The notes beneath the pieces are model-generated. The model was not told where the DNA came from. It made no database searches and saw nothing but the letters and a program-made list of their open reading frames with translations. The translations under genes and the position numbers were made by a program. DNA of 60,133 bases, the filler included. It is 9 parts of 9 records of this genome, joined end to end, with 100 filler letters (N's around TTAATTAATTAA, not from the genome) between each part and the next. Parts side by side here need not be neighbours in the genome. Positions count along the whole stretch, not along the records: positions 39,838 to 47,149 come from SRR31147125_45034; positions 47,250 to 53,218 come from SRR31147125_45040; 7 more parts are not named here. The stretch is one strand, 5' to 3'. This document shows positions 39,838 to 49,803 of the stretch, piece after piece (position 1 is the stretch's first letter; the number at the start of each line of letters is the position of its first letter).

Positions 39838-41122
39838 TTTTTTGCTGCAATAGAGGCATAAATCTCTTGTTCTTCTTGTTCGAATGTTTCTTTGCCATAT
39901 ATTTTAATGAGCTCTTTCATCTCGTCGCTATCGTCAGATAAGCTTCCGTTTATTAGACTTTCGTATTTAGTTTGAAACTCAGGTGTATCAACATCATAAG
40001 GATATTCTACATAAAAAACCGTACTATTTTGATCGTCCTTCATTCTGTCAAATACATAACTTTCACTAGAAATTTGACCGCCATGATGGTCATATTTTAT
40101 ATAATCAGTCATAGAATAAGGGCTTACTTGAAAATCTCTAACCAAATCTTTCTTGCTGATGCTATTATCGACACTCAAAACATCTTTAAGTAGTGCGATT
40201 GATTCTTTTGTAGGTGTTTCGTTAATATTATTCCAAAATACAAAGTTATCAAATGAATTAAAACTATAATCAATCATTACTTGATTAACCTGCGTCAGCG
40301 TTTCCATTCTGCCGTATTCACTAATTTCCATGCCCAACAACTGCATAGCCGCTTGCGATTCGAATAAAATTTGGTTCTCTTCGCTTAATGAAGATACTGT
40401 TCTATCACATGTTTTAGCAAGTAAACTTTCTATCTCTTCGATAGTGTGTTTTCGTTTCGGCGTATTTATTAATCCGGTACTTGGTGCCTTCTCTTTTTCA
40501 GTGGAATCACTTAATTGCCTATATACAGCGACCTCATATTCGGAAGATGGACTAAGACCAGTGACTTTTATATATAAGCCGTCACCTTGAATACTTGCAT
40601 CGGATTCGAATTCAAATCCATCACTGTTCGTTACTTTAAAGCTATATATATCATCATGAACCCTAGCACTTAAAAGCTTTGCATGAACAACAGCTTCCAT
40701 AGTACCATTAACCTTGCTTTGAGAAAACTCAACATCAAATACGTCCGATTTTTGGTCGATTATTTCATCACTGGCAATTGTTTCACTTTCTTTACTGCTC
40801 GAAGAATTTAAAGTGTCGGTGCTGGATCTTTCGTTAGTTTTTGACCAAAAAATACGATAAACGCAATTATAGCTAAAGATATTACCACTGCTGTAATAAT
40901 ACCAATTAACAATACTTTGTTTTCGATTAAAGATTTTTGTTGCTTGGGATTTTGTATTTTTTTACTTTTTTTATAGTTACCTTTCAACCCTGATTTGTTT
41001 GTTGCAACGGGTTTAGGCCTTGATGTTTGACGATTAACAGTAGAAACTTTGTTTTTTTTGCTACTCATGCTCCTCAAGTCACGTGTTCCTTTTGAGCTAG
41101 ATATATTTTTTCTTTGCTTCAT
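39838..41122 (-). CDS. Membrane-anchored extracellular protein with FN3-like motif; the two track ORFs are probably one frameshifted gene, 3'-partial
   Basis: Basic N-terminal tail and TM helix (41122-40808). The downstream frame is already open from the T6 run near 40850 (WSKTNERSSTDTLN...) into MEAVV...VTGLSPSSEYEVAV. Confidence 0.6.
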
Positions 41123-41127
41123 AAATA

Positions 41128-41526
41128 CTACCCTTCAATTACCTTAACATAATATCTTCTAGTTCTAGGTCCATCATACTCCGAAAAATACACAGATTGC
41201 CATGTACCTAAAATAATATTATTTTGATGTACAATTAGGCTCTCACTTTGTCCAGTTAACAGAGCCTTTGTATGAGAATCAGAATTACCTTCAAAATGTT
41301 TGAATCCTTGCTTTGGAACAATTTCATATAACGCTTTTTCAAGATCGTGCCTTACATCTATATCTCCGTTTTCATTAATTGTAACACCAGCAGTTGTATG
41401 CGGTACAAATACAAATGCCATCCCATCTAATATGGCAGATTTCTTTACACAATTTTGAATTTCATAAGATATATCTATAAACTCAGTACGTTTACTAGTT
41501 TTAATTTCTAGTTCAAATAATTTCAT
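41128..41526 (-). CDS. yjbQ: YjbQ/UPF0047 family protein
   Basis: PHTTAGVTINE, EGNSDSH.K, LGTWQ.VYF.E.DGPR.R. Confidence 0.95.
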   Translation of the reverse strand: MKLFELEIKTSKRTEFIDISYEIQNCVKKSAILDGMAFVFVPHTTAGVTINENGDIDVRHDLEKALYEIVPKQGFKHFEGNSDSHTKALLTGQSESLIVHQNNIILGTWQSVYFSEYDGPRTRRYYVKVIEG

Positions 41527-41530
41527 ACTA

Positions 41531-42154
41531 TCACACGTTTTTCATATAATAAGATAAAACATATAAGCCATCGCTTAAATGGACATTTTCAACTTTAGCT
41601 TTTCCACGCCCATCAACATCAACTGGAGCAAAGTTCCAAACACCTTTTACACCACCATTAACAAGCAAATCAACAAGCTCTTGCGCTACTTCCTTTGGGG
41701 TACAAAGTATTCCAATATTTATTTCATTTTCATCTAAGAAAGTCTCTAATTCCTCTATATGTCTTACAACTATCTTGTTAAGTATACAACCAACTCTGTC
41801 CTTATCCGCATCAAAAATAGCTTTTATATTATATCCTTCAGTAGCAAAACCTTTGTATTTAGCAAGTGCTTGACCAATATTACCAGATCCAATTATAACT
41901 GCATTGTATTTTTTATCGACTCCAAGTATCTTGCGAATTTCATTTTTTAAATTTTTAACAGAGTAACCGTAACCTTGTTGACCAAAACCACCAAAACAAT
42001 TCAAATCTCGACGAATTTGCGAAGCTTTTAAATCCATCCCTTTGCTCATAGCCGAAGAAGATATTCTTTCAAGTCCTAAGGCATCCAAATCGCAAAGATA
42101 TCTATAATATTTAGGCATTCTCCTAATAACTGCTTCCGAAATCTTTTCACTCAT
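41531..42154 (-). CDS. rex: Redox-sensing transcriptional repressor Rex
   Basis: RR.P.Y.R.L, SQIRRDL..FG.FG..GYGY.V, G.GN.G.AL, WNFAP. Confidence 0.96.
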   Translation of the reverse strand: MSEKISEAVIRRMPKYYRYLCDLDALGLERISSSAMSKGMDLKASQIRRDLNCFGGFGQQGYGYSVKNLKNEIRKILGVDKKYNAVIIGSGNIGQALAKYKGFATEGYNIKAIFDADKDRVGCILNKIVVRHIEELETFLDENEINIGILCTPKEVAQELVDLLVNGGVKGVWNFAPVDVDGRGKAKVENVHLSDGLYVLSYYMKNV

Positions 42155-42197
42155 ATCTAATTAACTGTACAGTATTTATTAAAAATACTTTCCTTTC

Positions 42198-42215
42198 TTG
42201 TGATAATTTTAACAT
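42198..42215. promoter_or_regulatory. Putative Rex operator (autoregulation)
   Basis: TTGTGAT-AATT-TTAACAT compared with consensus TTGT(G/T)AA-N4-TT(C/A)ACAA, about 44 nt upstream of rex. Confidence 0.6.
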
Positions 42216-42459
42216 AATTGTATTGTATCACGAATTAATTGTTTTGAAAAGTGTACAATACTAAACAAAATATATTTAATAACTATGTACTATTACCGTA
42301 TGTATATAATCTTTATTATACATTATATTAGTCATCTATTAAACAAAATATATCATTATTTACATTTTATTTATTGGTATTAAGTAAAAAAGCTTTTTGT
42401 ATTAAACTAAGTCATTGTATTACACTAAAAGATATATACAATTTAAGTAACTTTATCAA

Positions 42460-43593
42460 TTATTTTATACCTATTTTAATAACAGAAAAAATATCTAAAC
42501 TGAGTCTTTTAAGCAGTTCTCTGGATTCTGCCATACATTTATCTAAATCCATTGGTCTATTTGGCAAAGTAAATATACTTTTTATTCCAACATCATATGC
42601 TTTTTCATATCCATCTCCAACACTACCAGCAATAGCAATAACAGGAACACACGCTTCGTTTGCATATTCGGCAACTCCACAAATAACTTTGCCAAATGCC
42701 GATTGAGAATCAATTCTACCCTCGCCAGTTATAATTAAATCTGCATCAAATATTTTATCCTTAAACTCAGATATCTTTAATACTTCGTCAATTCCTCTAA
42801 CAAGTTTTGCATTTAAAAAGCCAACTAGTGCAGCACCTAACCCCCCTGCTGCTCCAGCGCCACTAACACTTCCTACGTCATAATTAAATAAATCATTGAT
42901 AATAGTTTGATAATGAACCATACCTTTTTCAAGTTTAGCTTGTACTAAATCGTCTGCTCCTTTTTGTTTTCCATAAACATATGTAGCACCATCTTTACCA
43001 GTAAGTGGGTTTGCAACATCACACATCACATGAAACTTGCATGTCTTCACTCTTGCATCAAAATCGGATATATCAATCTTTGATATATTGATCAAGTCTT
43101 TACCACTACCCACTTCAATAAGGTTATTGTTTTTATCAAAAAACTTTGCACCAAGTGCAATCATAGCGCCTATACCACCATCATTAGTGGCACTTCCACC
43201 AATACCAATCGTTATTTTCTTAAACCCTTCATCCATAGCTTTTTCAATCAACTGTCCTGTACCATAGGTAGTTGTGTTCAATGGATTTCTCTCGCTTTCG
43301 TCTACTAAGGTAAGGCCGCTTGCCATGGCCATCTCTATTATTGCGGTATCATCAACAATTCCAAATCCTGACTCGATTTCTCTATACAAAGGATCTTTAA
43401 CTATGCATGTTGTTTTTTCTCCATTACAAGCGTAAATAAGAGAATCACAAGTCCCCTCTCCACCATCAGCAACTGGAATACCCAATACATTGACGTCGTC
43501 AAAAATATTCTTAGCGCTATCTTTTAAAATTTCTATTATCTCTATTGATGAAAGTGAGCCTTTGAAGGAATCTGGCGCAAGTACAATTTTCAT
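42460..43593 (-). CDS. glxK: Glycerate kinase (GlxK/GarK family)
   Basis: APDSFKGSL, ADGGEGT, GGSATNDGG.G, GAAGGLG, TGEG.ID.QS..GK. Confidence 0.95.
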   Translation of the reverse strand: MKIVLAPDSFKGSLSSIEIIEILKDSAKNIFDDVNVLGIPVADGGEGTCDSLIYACNGEKTTCIVKDPLYREIESGFGIVDDTAIIEMAMASGLTLVDESERNPLNTTTYGTGQLIEKAMDEGFKKITIGIGGSATNDGGIGAMIALGAKFFDKNNNLIEVGSGKDLINISKIDISDFDARVKTCKFHVMCDVANPLTGKDGATYVYGKQKGADDLVQAKLEKGMVHYQTIINDLFNYDVGSVSGAGAAGGLGAALVGFLNAKLVRGIDEVLKISEFKDKIFDADLIITGEGRIDSQSAFGKVICGVAEYANEACVPVIAIAGSVGDGYEKAYDVGIKSIFTLPNRPMDLDKCMAESRELLKRLSLDIFSVIKIGIK

Positions 43594-43777
43594 TTCATTA
43601 TTTCCTTAATCTTTTTTACATTATACAACATAAAAGCGATATTTTGGACTACAAATATAATAACATCTTAAATTATATATCTATATCCCATTATACTATC
43701 TTTCTTTATCTATTCTTTTAATATTTACAATATTTATTAATATGATATAATAATGCATAATGCTACTTGGAGATGTT

Positions 43778-45139
43778 ATGAAATTTATTGGCAGAGTTTC
43801 GGAACTTAATATATTGAATAGCGAATACGAAAAGGATAGCAGTTTTGTTGTTATATACGGTAGAAAAAGAGTTGGTAAAACTGCACTCATTAAAAAATTC
43901 ATAAACGGAAAGAATGCACTATACTACGCTGCATCTAATGAAGTTGAAAACATTAATATGCAAAGATTCTTATACTGTATATCCAACTACACAAACCAAC
44001 AACACTTAGGTGCATCAGACTATCAGTCTTGGGAAAAGATTTTTCAGCTTTTAAACAATTACGATGGCAAAAAAAGAGTTTTAGTAATTGATGAGTTTCA
44101 ATATCTCATAAAGGCAAATCCAGGATTTATCAATATATTCAAACAGATTTTAGATGACATTTTACTTCCTAATAAAATCATGGTCGTTTTTTGTGGTTCT
44201 TATATTAGCATGATGTTCCATCAGCCAATCTCCTACCCTACTCCTTTAACCCAGCAAAAGACAACTTCTATACACCTAAAACCGCTAACTTTTATTGATA
44301 TACGAAACAGTTTTAACGGTATTAGCTTTAAAGATTTGTTCGAAGCTTATACTGTAGCCGGTGGAATTGCACAATATATTGAGATGTTTTTAAATAATAA
44401 AAATATATTTGAAAATATCAATAAAAATATTTTACAAAAAGAAAGTCCATTATATGATGAACCTCTTCATTTATTGCAACAAGAAATTAAAGAGCCAATG
44501 CCATTGTTATCTGCATTACATGCAATTGCAAATGGTTATTTTGAATTAGAAGAAATATCAGAAATAATCGGAGAAGACAGTTCTAGAACTAGATCTTATC
44601 TAAATTCATTAGTAGAATTAAATCTTTTAGAAAAGCAGACTTCTGGTGATGATTCCTCTAAAAAACAAGAGTTTTATTATTCGTTAGATAATTTTATTGA
44701 ATTTTGGTTTAAGTTTGTTAACCCATACAGATCATGGCTGGAAATAGACGATACTGACTATGTTTTAAAACGAATAAAGAATGACTATATTGAAAATCAT
44801 GCAAAATATATATTTGAAGATATTTGTAAGGACTATACTAAAAAAATATGTTTACAATATGGTTTAAATACAAAAACTGTATACTCCTATTGGAACAACC
44901 ATGAGCAAATTGACATTTTAGCTATTGATCATAAAAAGAAAACAGCTGTTATTGGCGAATGTATGTATTGTGCTGGAAAAGCAACTGATAAAACATATGA
45001 TATGCTGAAGAAAAAAGCTCACGGTATTGAATCTTTAAAATCATATAGCAAAATTTATGTTATATATGTTGTTAGTGGATATGTTTCTAGATATATTGAA
45101 TTTAGAGATAACGGCAAAATCGAGTTTAACGATATGTAG
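43778..45139 (+). CDS. Archaeal-type AAA/STAND ATPase with HTH and DUF234-like C-terminus
   Basis: FIGR..EL, YGRKRVGKT, IDEFQY, CGS, DNF..FWF.FV, EQIDI.A...GEC. Confidence 0.85.
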   Translation: MKFIGRVSELNILNSEYEKDSSFVVIYGRKRVGKTALIKKFINGKNALYYAASNEVENINMQRFLYCISNYTNQQHLGASDYQSWEKIFQLLNNYDGKKRVLVIDEFQYLIKANPGFINIFKQILDDILLPNKIMVVFCGSYISMMFHQPISYPTPLTQQKTTSIHLKPLTFIDIRNSFNGISFKDLFEAYTVAGGIAQYIEMFLNNKNIFENINKNILQKESPLYDEPLHLLQQEIKEPMPLLSALHAIANGYFELEEISEIIGEDSSRTRSYLNSLVELNLLEKQTSGDDSSKKQEFYYSLDNFIEFWFKFVNPYRSWLEIDDTDYVLKRIKNDYIENHAKYIFEDICKDYTKKICLQYGLNTKTVYSYWNNHEQIDILAIDHKKKTAVIGECMYCAGKATDKTYDMLKKKAHGIESLKSYSKIYVIYVVSGYVSRYIEFRDNGKIEFNDM

Positions 45140-45272
45140 TATTTCTTCAATGCATTTTTATATTCATATAATTATTTTTATTACTCCAACGACATTTTTC
45201 TACAAAACCACAACTTAATATATGTTTTTTCTTTTTTTGACGTGATTTTTTTATGTTGTTGCGTCTAAATAT

Positions 45273-45890
45273 ATGAAAGCAAATAAAATAGGAGCGCAAA
45301 AAGAAATCTTAATGATGTGTAGCCAAAATAGCGAAAAATTAATTCTTCTTGGATACAATAGTTTTGAAGAATTAATTGAAGAATTTCAACAAAAAGTGTA
45401 TTCAACATCATATTCTTTTGTATTAAACTCTCACGATGCTGAGGATTTAGCACAGGAAATATTTCTTTCTGTATTTAGAAATTTAGATTCTTTTGATGAA
45501 AAGTCAAAGTTATCTACTTGGATATATAAAATTTCAATAAATAAGTGTATGTCCTACTGTAGAAACAATAAACGAAGAAACAATATAGCACAATTTGTTA
45601 ATCTAAAAGAATCTATTACAGACACTATTCCTGATCCATTAGACGTCGAAGCAAGTGTAATGCATAAAAACGATGTGCGCGCTGTACACTCTGCGGTATG
45701 GAGGTTATCTCAAAAGTATTCAATAGTGCTAACACTTAAATACTATGAGGACAAAAGCATAAATGAAATAGCAAAGCTTTTGGAAGTTGCTCCTAGAACA
45801 ATTGAAACTAGGTTATATAGAGCTAAAAACCTTTTGAAAAAAGAATTAGAGCATATCGGGTACAAGAGAGGTAATATAAATGGATTTTAA
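45273..45890 (+). CDS. ECF RNA polymerase sigma factor
   Basis: DAEDLAQE.F, STWIYKI..N, EIA..L......T..TRL.RA. Confidence 0.92.
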   Translation: MKANKIGAQKEILMMCSQNSEKLILLGYNSFEELIEEFQQKVYSTSYSFVLNSHDAEDLAQEIFLSVFRNLDSFDEKSKLSTWIYKISINKCMSYCRNNKRRNNIAQFVNLKESITDTIPDPLDVEASVMHKNDVRAVHSAVWRLSQKYSIVLTLKYYEDKSINEIAKLLEVAPRTIETRLYRAKNLLKKELEHIGYKRGNINGF

Positions 45891-46227
45891 CAACGATTTA
45901 TTCAAAGTCGAAGAAAAGTCTCCCCCATCTAATTTTGTTAGTAAGACGATGAAGTTTATCAAAAACAAACAACAGGAGGAGAATGATCGTAAAAATTCAG
46001 TAGCAAGTTTTCAATTCAATTTACAAACAGTAGGTAAATCGATTATTACTGTTGGTGTTGCACTATTTGTTTTTACGTTTTTACCAAATGATATTTTGGA
46101 TTTTTCTAGCTCACCTAGGTACAAACATATAACCGATGAAATACAAAGCTTTCAATCTGACAGCGTAAATTTAGCAATAGAGTTTAAAGAAAAATTATAT
46201 GATAACGTAAATTTTATAAAGGAGTAA
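45880..46227 (+). CDS. Putative anti-sigma factor (single TM)
   Basis: Overlaps the ECF stop; PP.NF...M motif followed by a TM helix. Confidence 0.6.
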   Translation: MDFNNDLFKVEEKSPPSNFVSKTMKFIKNKQQEENDRKNSVASFQFNLQTVGKSIITVGVALFVFTFLPNDILDFSSSPRYKHITDEIQSFQSDSVNLAIEFKEKLYDNVNFIKE

Positions 46228-46230
46228 ATC

Positions 46231-46797
46231 ATGAAAAGAGAAAATAATCAAAATATCAAGGCACTACCTATGTTCTTGTTGTCGTTTATACCAGGGTCGG
46301 CCCATATGTATATGGGGTTATTAAAAAGAGGAACTCAGTTGTTTATATCATTCTTTATTTTAGTTTCTATTATTACCACATCATCTTTTGGATCACCAGT
46401 TATAATATCACCAATTGCATTAGCAATTTTTGCATATAGTTTTTTTGATGGATATAGCTGCCTTAGAACAATAAGATCAGGCGAATATGTACCTGATGAA
46501 GGCTTTTATAACGAAATAAGTAGTCTATTTAATAGTAAGAACAGAGTTTGGATTGCTATTATATGTTTTTTACTTAGCGCAATTACAGTACTTAACATCT
46601 TAAAAAGTGACTACTATTTTAATTATATTGTGGCTAGATCTTCAAGAGTTGCATTGGATTTGATTCCAGCATTAGCATTAATTGCTCTTGGTATATTCTT
46701 ACTTAAAAAGGCAAGAAAGAAAACAAAGAAGAAATTATTAAGAATCAAAATAATCAGCAACAATAAAACCTTACACCCCTCAACAAAAAGGTGCTAA
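46231..46797 (+). CDS. Membrane protein of the ECF operon (TM2-like)
   Basis: SFIPG.AHMYMGLLKRG, F.YSFFD, 4-5 TM segments. Confidence 0.7.
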   Translation: MKRENNQNIKALPMFLLSFIPGSAHMYMGLLKRGTQLFISFFILVSIITTSSFGSPVIISPIALAIFAYSFFDGYSCLRTIRSGEYVPDEGFYNEISSLFNSKNRVWIAIICFLLSAITVLNILKSDYYFNYIVARSSRVALDLIPALALIALGIFLLKKARKKTKKKLLRIKIISNNKTLHPSTKRC

Positions 46798-46923
46798 TAC
46801 TAGTGCCTTTTTTATTTCTCTTAGATTATATATAGGTATATAAAATAATATCCTATTCTACTTTCCATAGATTGTTTTTTCGCACCTATTAAGGTATAGT
46901 AATTTTATACAAGGAGGTTTTAT

Positions 46924-47149
46924 ATGGACAATGAAAAAATTGGTAAGCTAATAAGAACTAAACGCCTTGAAATGAATTTGACGCAAAAACAATTTTCAAA
47001 ATTGATTAATATTAGTGATAAAACAGTATCAAAATGGGAATGTGGTTTAGGTTGTCCTGATATATCTCTATTAAACACACTTTCTAAAACACTTAATACA
47101 AATATTGATGTGTTATTAAGCGGCGAAGTAAGCACCAATAGTGATGGAG
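46924..47149 (+). CDS. XRE-family HTH regulator, 3'-partial
   Basis: LTQ......ISDKTVSKWE.G.GCPDISLL; AGGAGG RBS. Confidence 0.9.
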
Positions 47150-47249
47150 NNNNNNNNNNNNNNNNNNNNNNNNNNNNNNNNNNNNNNNNNNNNTTAATTA
47201 ATTAANNNNNNNNNNNNNNNNNNNNNNNNNNNNNNNNNNNNNNNNNNNN
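47150..47249. other. Artificial contig linker
   Basis: N44-TTAATTAATTAA-N44. Confidence 0.99.
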
Positions 47250-48204
47250 AGGTACCTATCCATAAACCACCTTGTGTGTCTTCATGTATGTCATATATTG
47301 AATTATGCGGTAGTCCTTCATAGTCGTCATGGTCGAAACGGACTAACTCATTGCCAACGCTACAGTACAGGCCAAGATAGGTGCCAATCCATACTTTACC
47401 CTGTGTATCTCTCCATATTTTTCTGATACTGGTTGATGTAATATCATATTTGGGATTTTTAGTATAGCTATAATGTACTTTTAAATTTCCATTAAAATCG
47501 TATTGGCGGACACCATGAGCTTGAAAACCAACCCAAATTCGATTATTACTGGTACTAAGGGTATGAACTTCTGAACCCGGACCATTAACGATAATATTGA
47601 ATGTATTGCTTTCCTTATCGAATTGGTAAACCGTTCCGTCAATGGTTGCTAACCACATACGATCAGCCTCGTCTATATGAATAAGGCGTGGAATACTCTC
47701 CATATCATTATTGATTCTGATTAATTGTTTTTTGTTATAGTCGAGGTAACCGAAATAATTGTCATCCGCAATCCAAAGAATTCCATTTTTATCCACTTCT
47801 GCCGAACGAATATTGGACTCAACTTCAGAGCCATCTTCGTAGGTGTAGTTCATTTTATTAAACTTTTGAGTAAGATGATTGAATTTACACAGGCCATTAT
47901 CAGTAGTTACAATAATATTATTCTCATTATCTATTACAATTGAGGTAATAAAGTTGCTTGGAAGTCCCTCAGGTTCCTCCGGGTTATATTTAAAGCGCAT
48001 TATTTCTTTCGAATCGTACCTGATTACCCCTGCAAATCCTCCCATCCACATATATCCGTGTTTGTCCTGGGCAAAAGAATGAATAGCCTGGAAACTATAC
48101 CCACCGGGAGGTGAAATTCTTCTGAATTGAACTTCATCCGTTTGGGAAAAGAGTAAAAGATTCTGAAATAGTAGTAGAAAACAGAATGAAATTTTTTTAA
48201 TCAT
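47250..48204 (-). CDS. Hybrid two-component sensor, N-terminal beta-propeller (Reg_prop) region, 3'-partial
   Basis: Signal peptide; repeats QDKHGYMWMG, GLPSNFI, D.QG.VWIGT, GLPHNSI.DI.ED..G.LWIGT; divergent from a PUL. Confidence 0.85.
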
Positions 48205-48551
48205 GAAAAATTATTTGTTCAAAAATACACTTAATGAAATTTTAAATCTATAACAAATAATGCATTGATGCAGTATTTGTTACAATGTGCAGAAATTTTT
48301 CCAGTTTTTGCTCATATTCTGCTAAAAGCCCGTAGTTCAGTCTTATAAATTAGCAAATGCTAATGTGACAAATTAGTTCAATAAAACTAAAATGAACGAA
48401 AGGATTTTTAGAAATAGTTTTTCCCAAAGGGATTCCTTTGGAAGGTTAAATAGTTAGTGTAATTAGATCGGGCTCTTTTTCTTTAAGATGTTTCCTCAAA
48501 AAGAGCCCGTTTTCTTTAAAGAATCCTTTCCGAACAAATTAAACTTATAAT

Positions 48552-49775
48552 ATGAATAAACTAATTTCAATTGGTCTTTTGACTTTTCTTTTTGCGTGCA
48601 GTCGCCATCAATCCGATAATATCGCTTTGGTAATTGAGCAATCAGAAAAACAATTGGAATTAGCGTTAATAAAAATAAAACCCCTTGGTGCTCAAAGTAA
48701 TATTTTCCCACGTACGGTTGAATACGATACAATAAAAATGGTTCCAACCAACGATTGGACCAGTGGATTTTTTCCCGGAACGCTTTGGATGATGTATGAA
48801 TTAACCGGGAAAAACAAATGGAAAAATCACGCACTTGACTATACGCTGCCTTTGGAAACAGAACAATGGAATGTAAACGACCACGACATTGGGTTTAAAA
48901 TGTATTGCAGCTTTGGAAAAGCTATTAAACATACCACGAATCCTGAATATCGCGATATTTTAATTCAATCGGCAAAAACACTTTCAATTCGTTACAATCC
49001 ACTTGTAGGTTGCATTCGTTCATGGAACAGCAATCCGGCAACCGCCCAATGGAAATACCCGGTAATTATCGATAACATGATGAACCTGGAGCTGCTTATG
49101 TGGGCTGCAAAAGAAACCGGGAACGCGAGTTTTAGGGAGATTGCCATTAAACATGCCCAAACAACAATGCAAAACCATTTCCGCGATGATTATTCGTGCT
49201 ACCATGTAATTGATTACAACCCCGAAACAGGAGAAGTAATAAATAAACATACCCACCAGGGAGCGGCTCACGACAGCGACTGGGCCAGGGGACAGGCCTG
49301 GGCGGTTTATGGATTTACAATGATGTACCGCGAAACGGGTATGAATGAGTTTTTAACACAAGCTAAAAACATTGCCAATTACGTAATCAATCAAAATAAT
49401 ATAAAAAACGGGAATATCCCTTACTGGGATTTTAAAGCTCCGGCCATCCCAAACGAACCCTACGATGCTTCGGCAGCTGCAATTATTTCGGCAGCGCTTT
49501 TCGAGCTATACGATTATAGTAATGATGAGGCATTTTTGAACACGGCCCAAAAATTACTGCTTACCTTATCGTCGTCAGAATTTATGGCTGATGCCGGTGA
49601 AAACGGAGGTTTTTTGCTGAAGCACTCTACCGGCTCTAAACCCAATAACTCAGAACTTGATGTGCCACTTGTGTATGCCGATTATTACTTTTTAGAATCA
49701 ATAATTAAAAGCAAGAAATATGTAGAAAATTCAACTCAGTTATTAAATCAAGATTTAAGTAAGTCAATAAAGTAA
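48552..49775 (+). CDS. GH88 unsaturated glucuronyl hydrolase lipoprotein
   Basis: WTSGFFPG.LW, HDIGF, VIIDNMMNLE, WARGQAW..YG, DASAAAI, YADYYFLE. Confidence 0.93.
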   Translation: MNKLISIGLLTFLFACSRHQSDNIALVIEQSEKQLELALIKIKPLGAQSNIFPRTVEYDTIKMVPTNDWTSGFFPGTLWMMYELTGKNKWKNHALDYTLPLETEQWNVNDHDIGFKMYCSFGKAIKHTTNPEYRDILIQSAKTLSIRYNPLVGCIRSWNSNPATAQWKYPVIIDNMMNLELLMWAAKETGNASFREIAIKHAQTTMQNHFRDDYSCYHVIDYNPETGEVINKHTHQGAAHDSDWARGQAWAVYGFTMMYRETGMNEFLTQAKNIANYVINQNNIKNGNIPYWDFKAPAIPNEPYDASAAAIISAALFELYDYSNDEAFLNTAQKLLLTLSSSEFMADAGENGGFLLKHSTGSKPNNSELDVPLVYADYYFLESIIKSKKYVENSTQLLNQDLSKSIK

Positions 49776-49803
49776 TTTTTAAATTTTAACAAAAACTAAT
49801 TTT

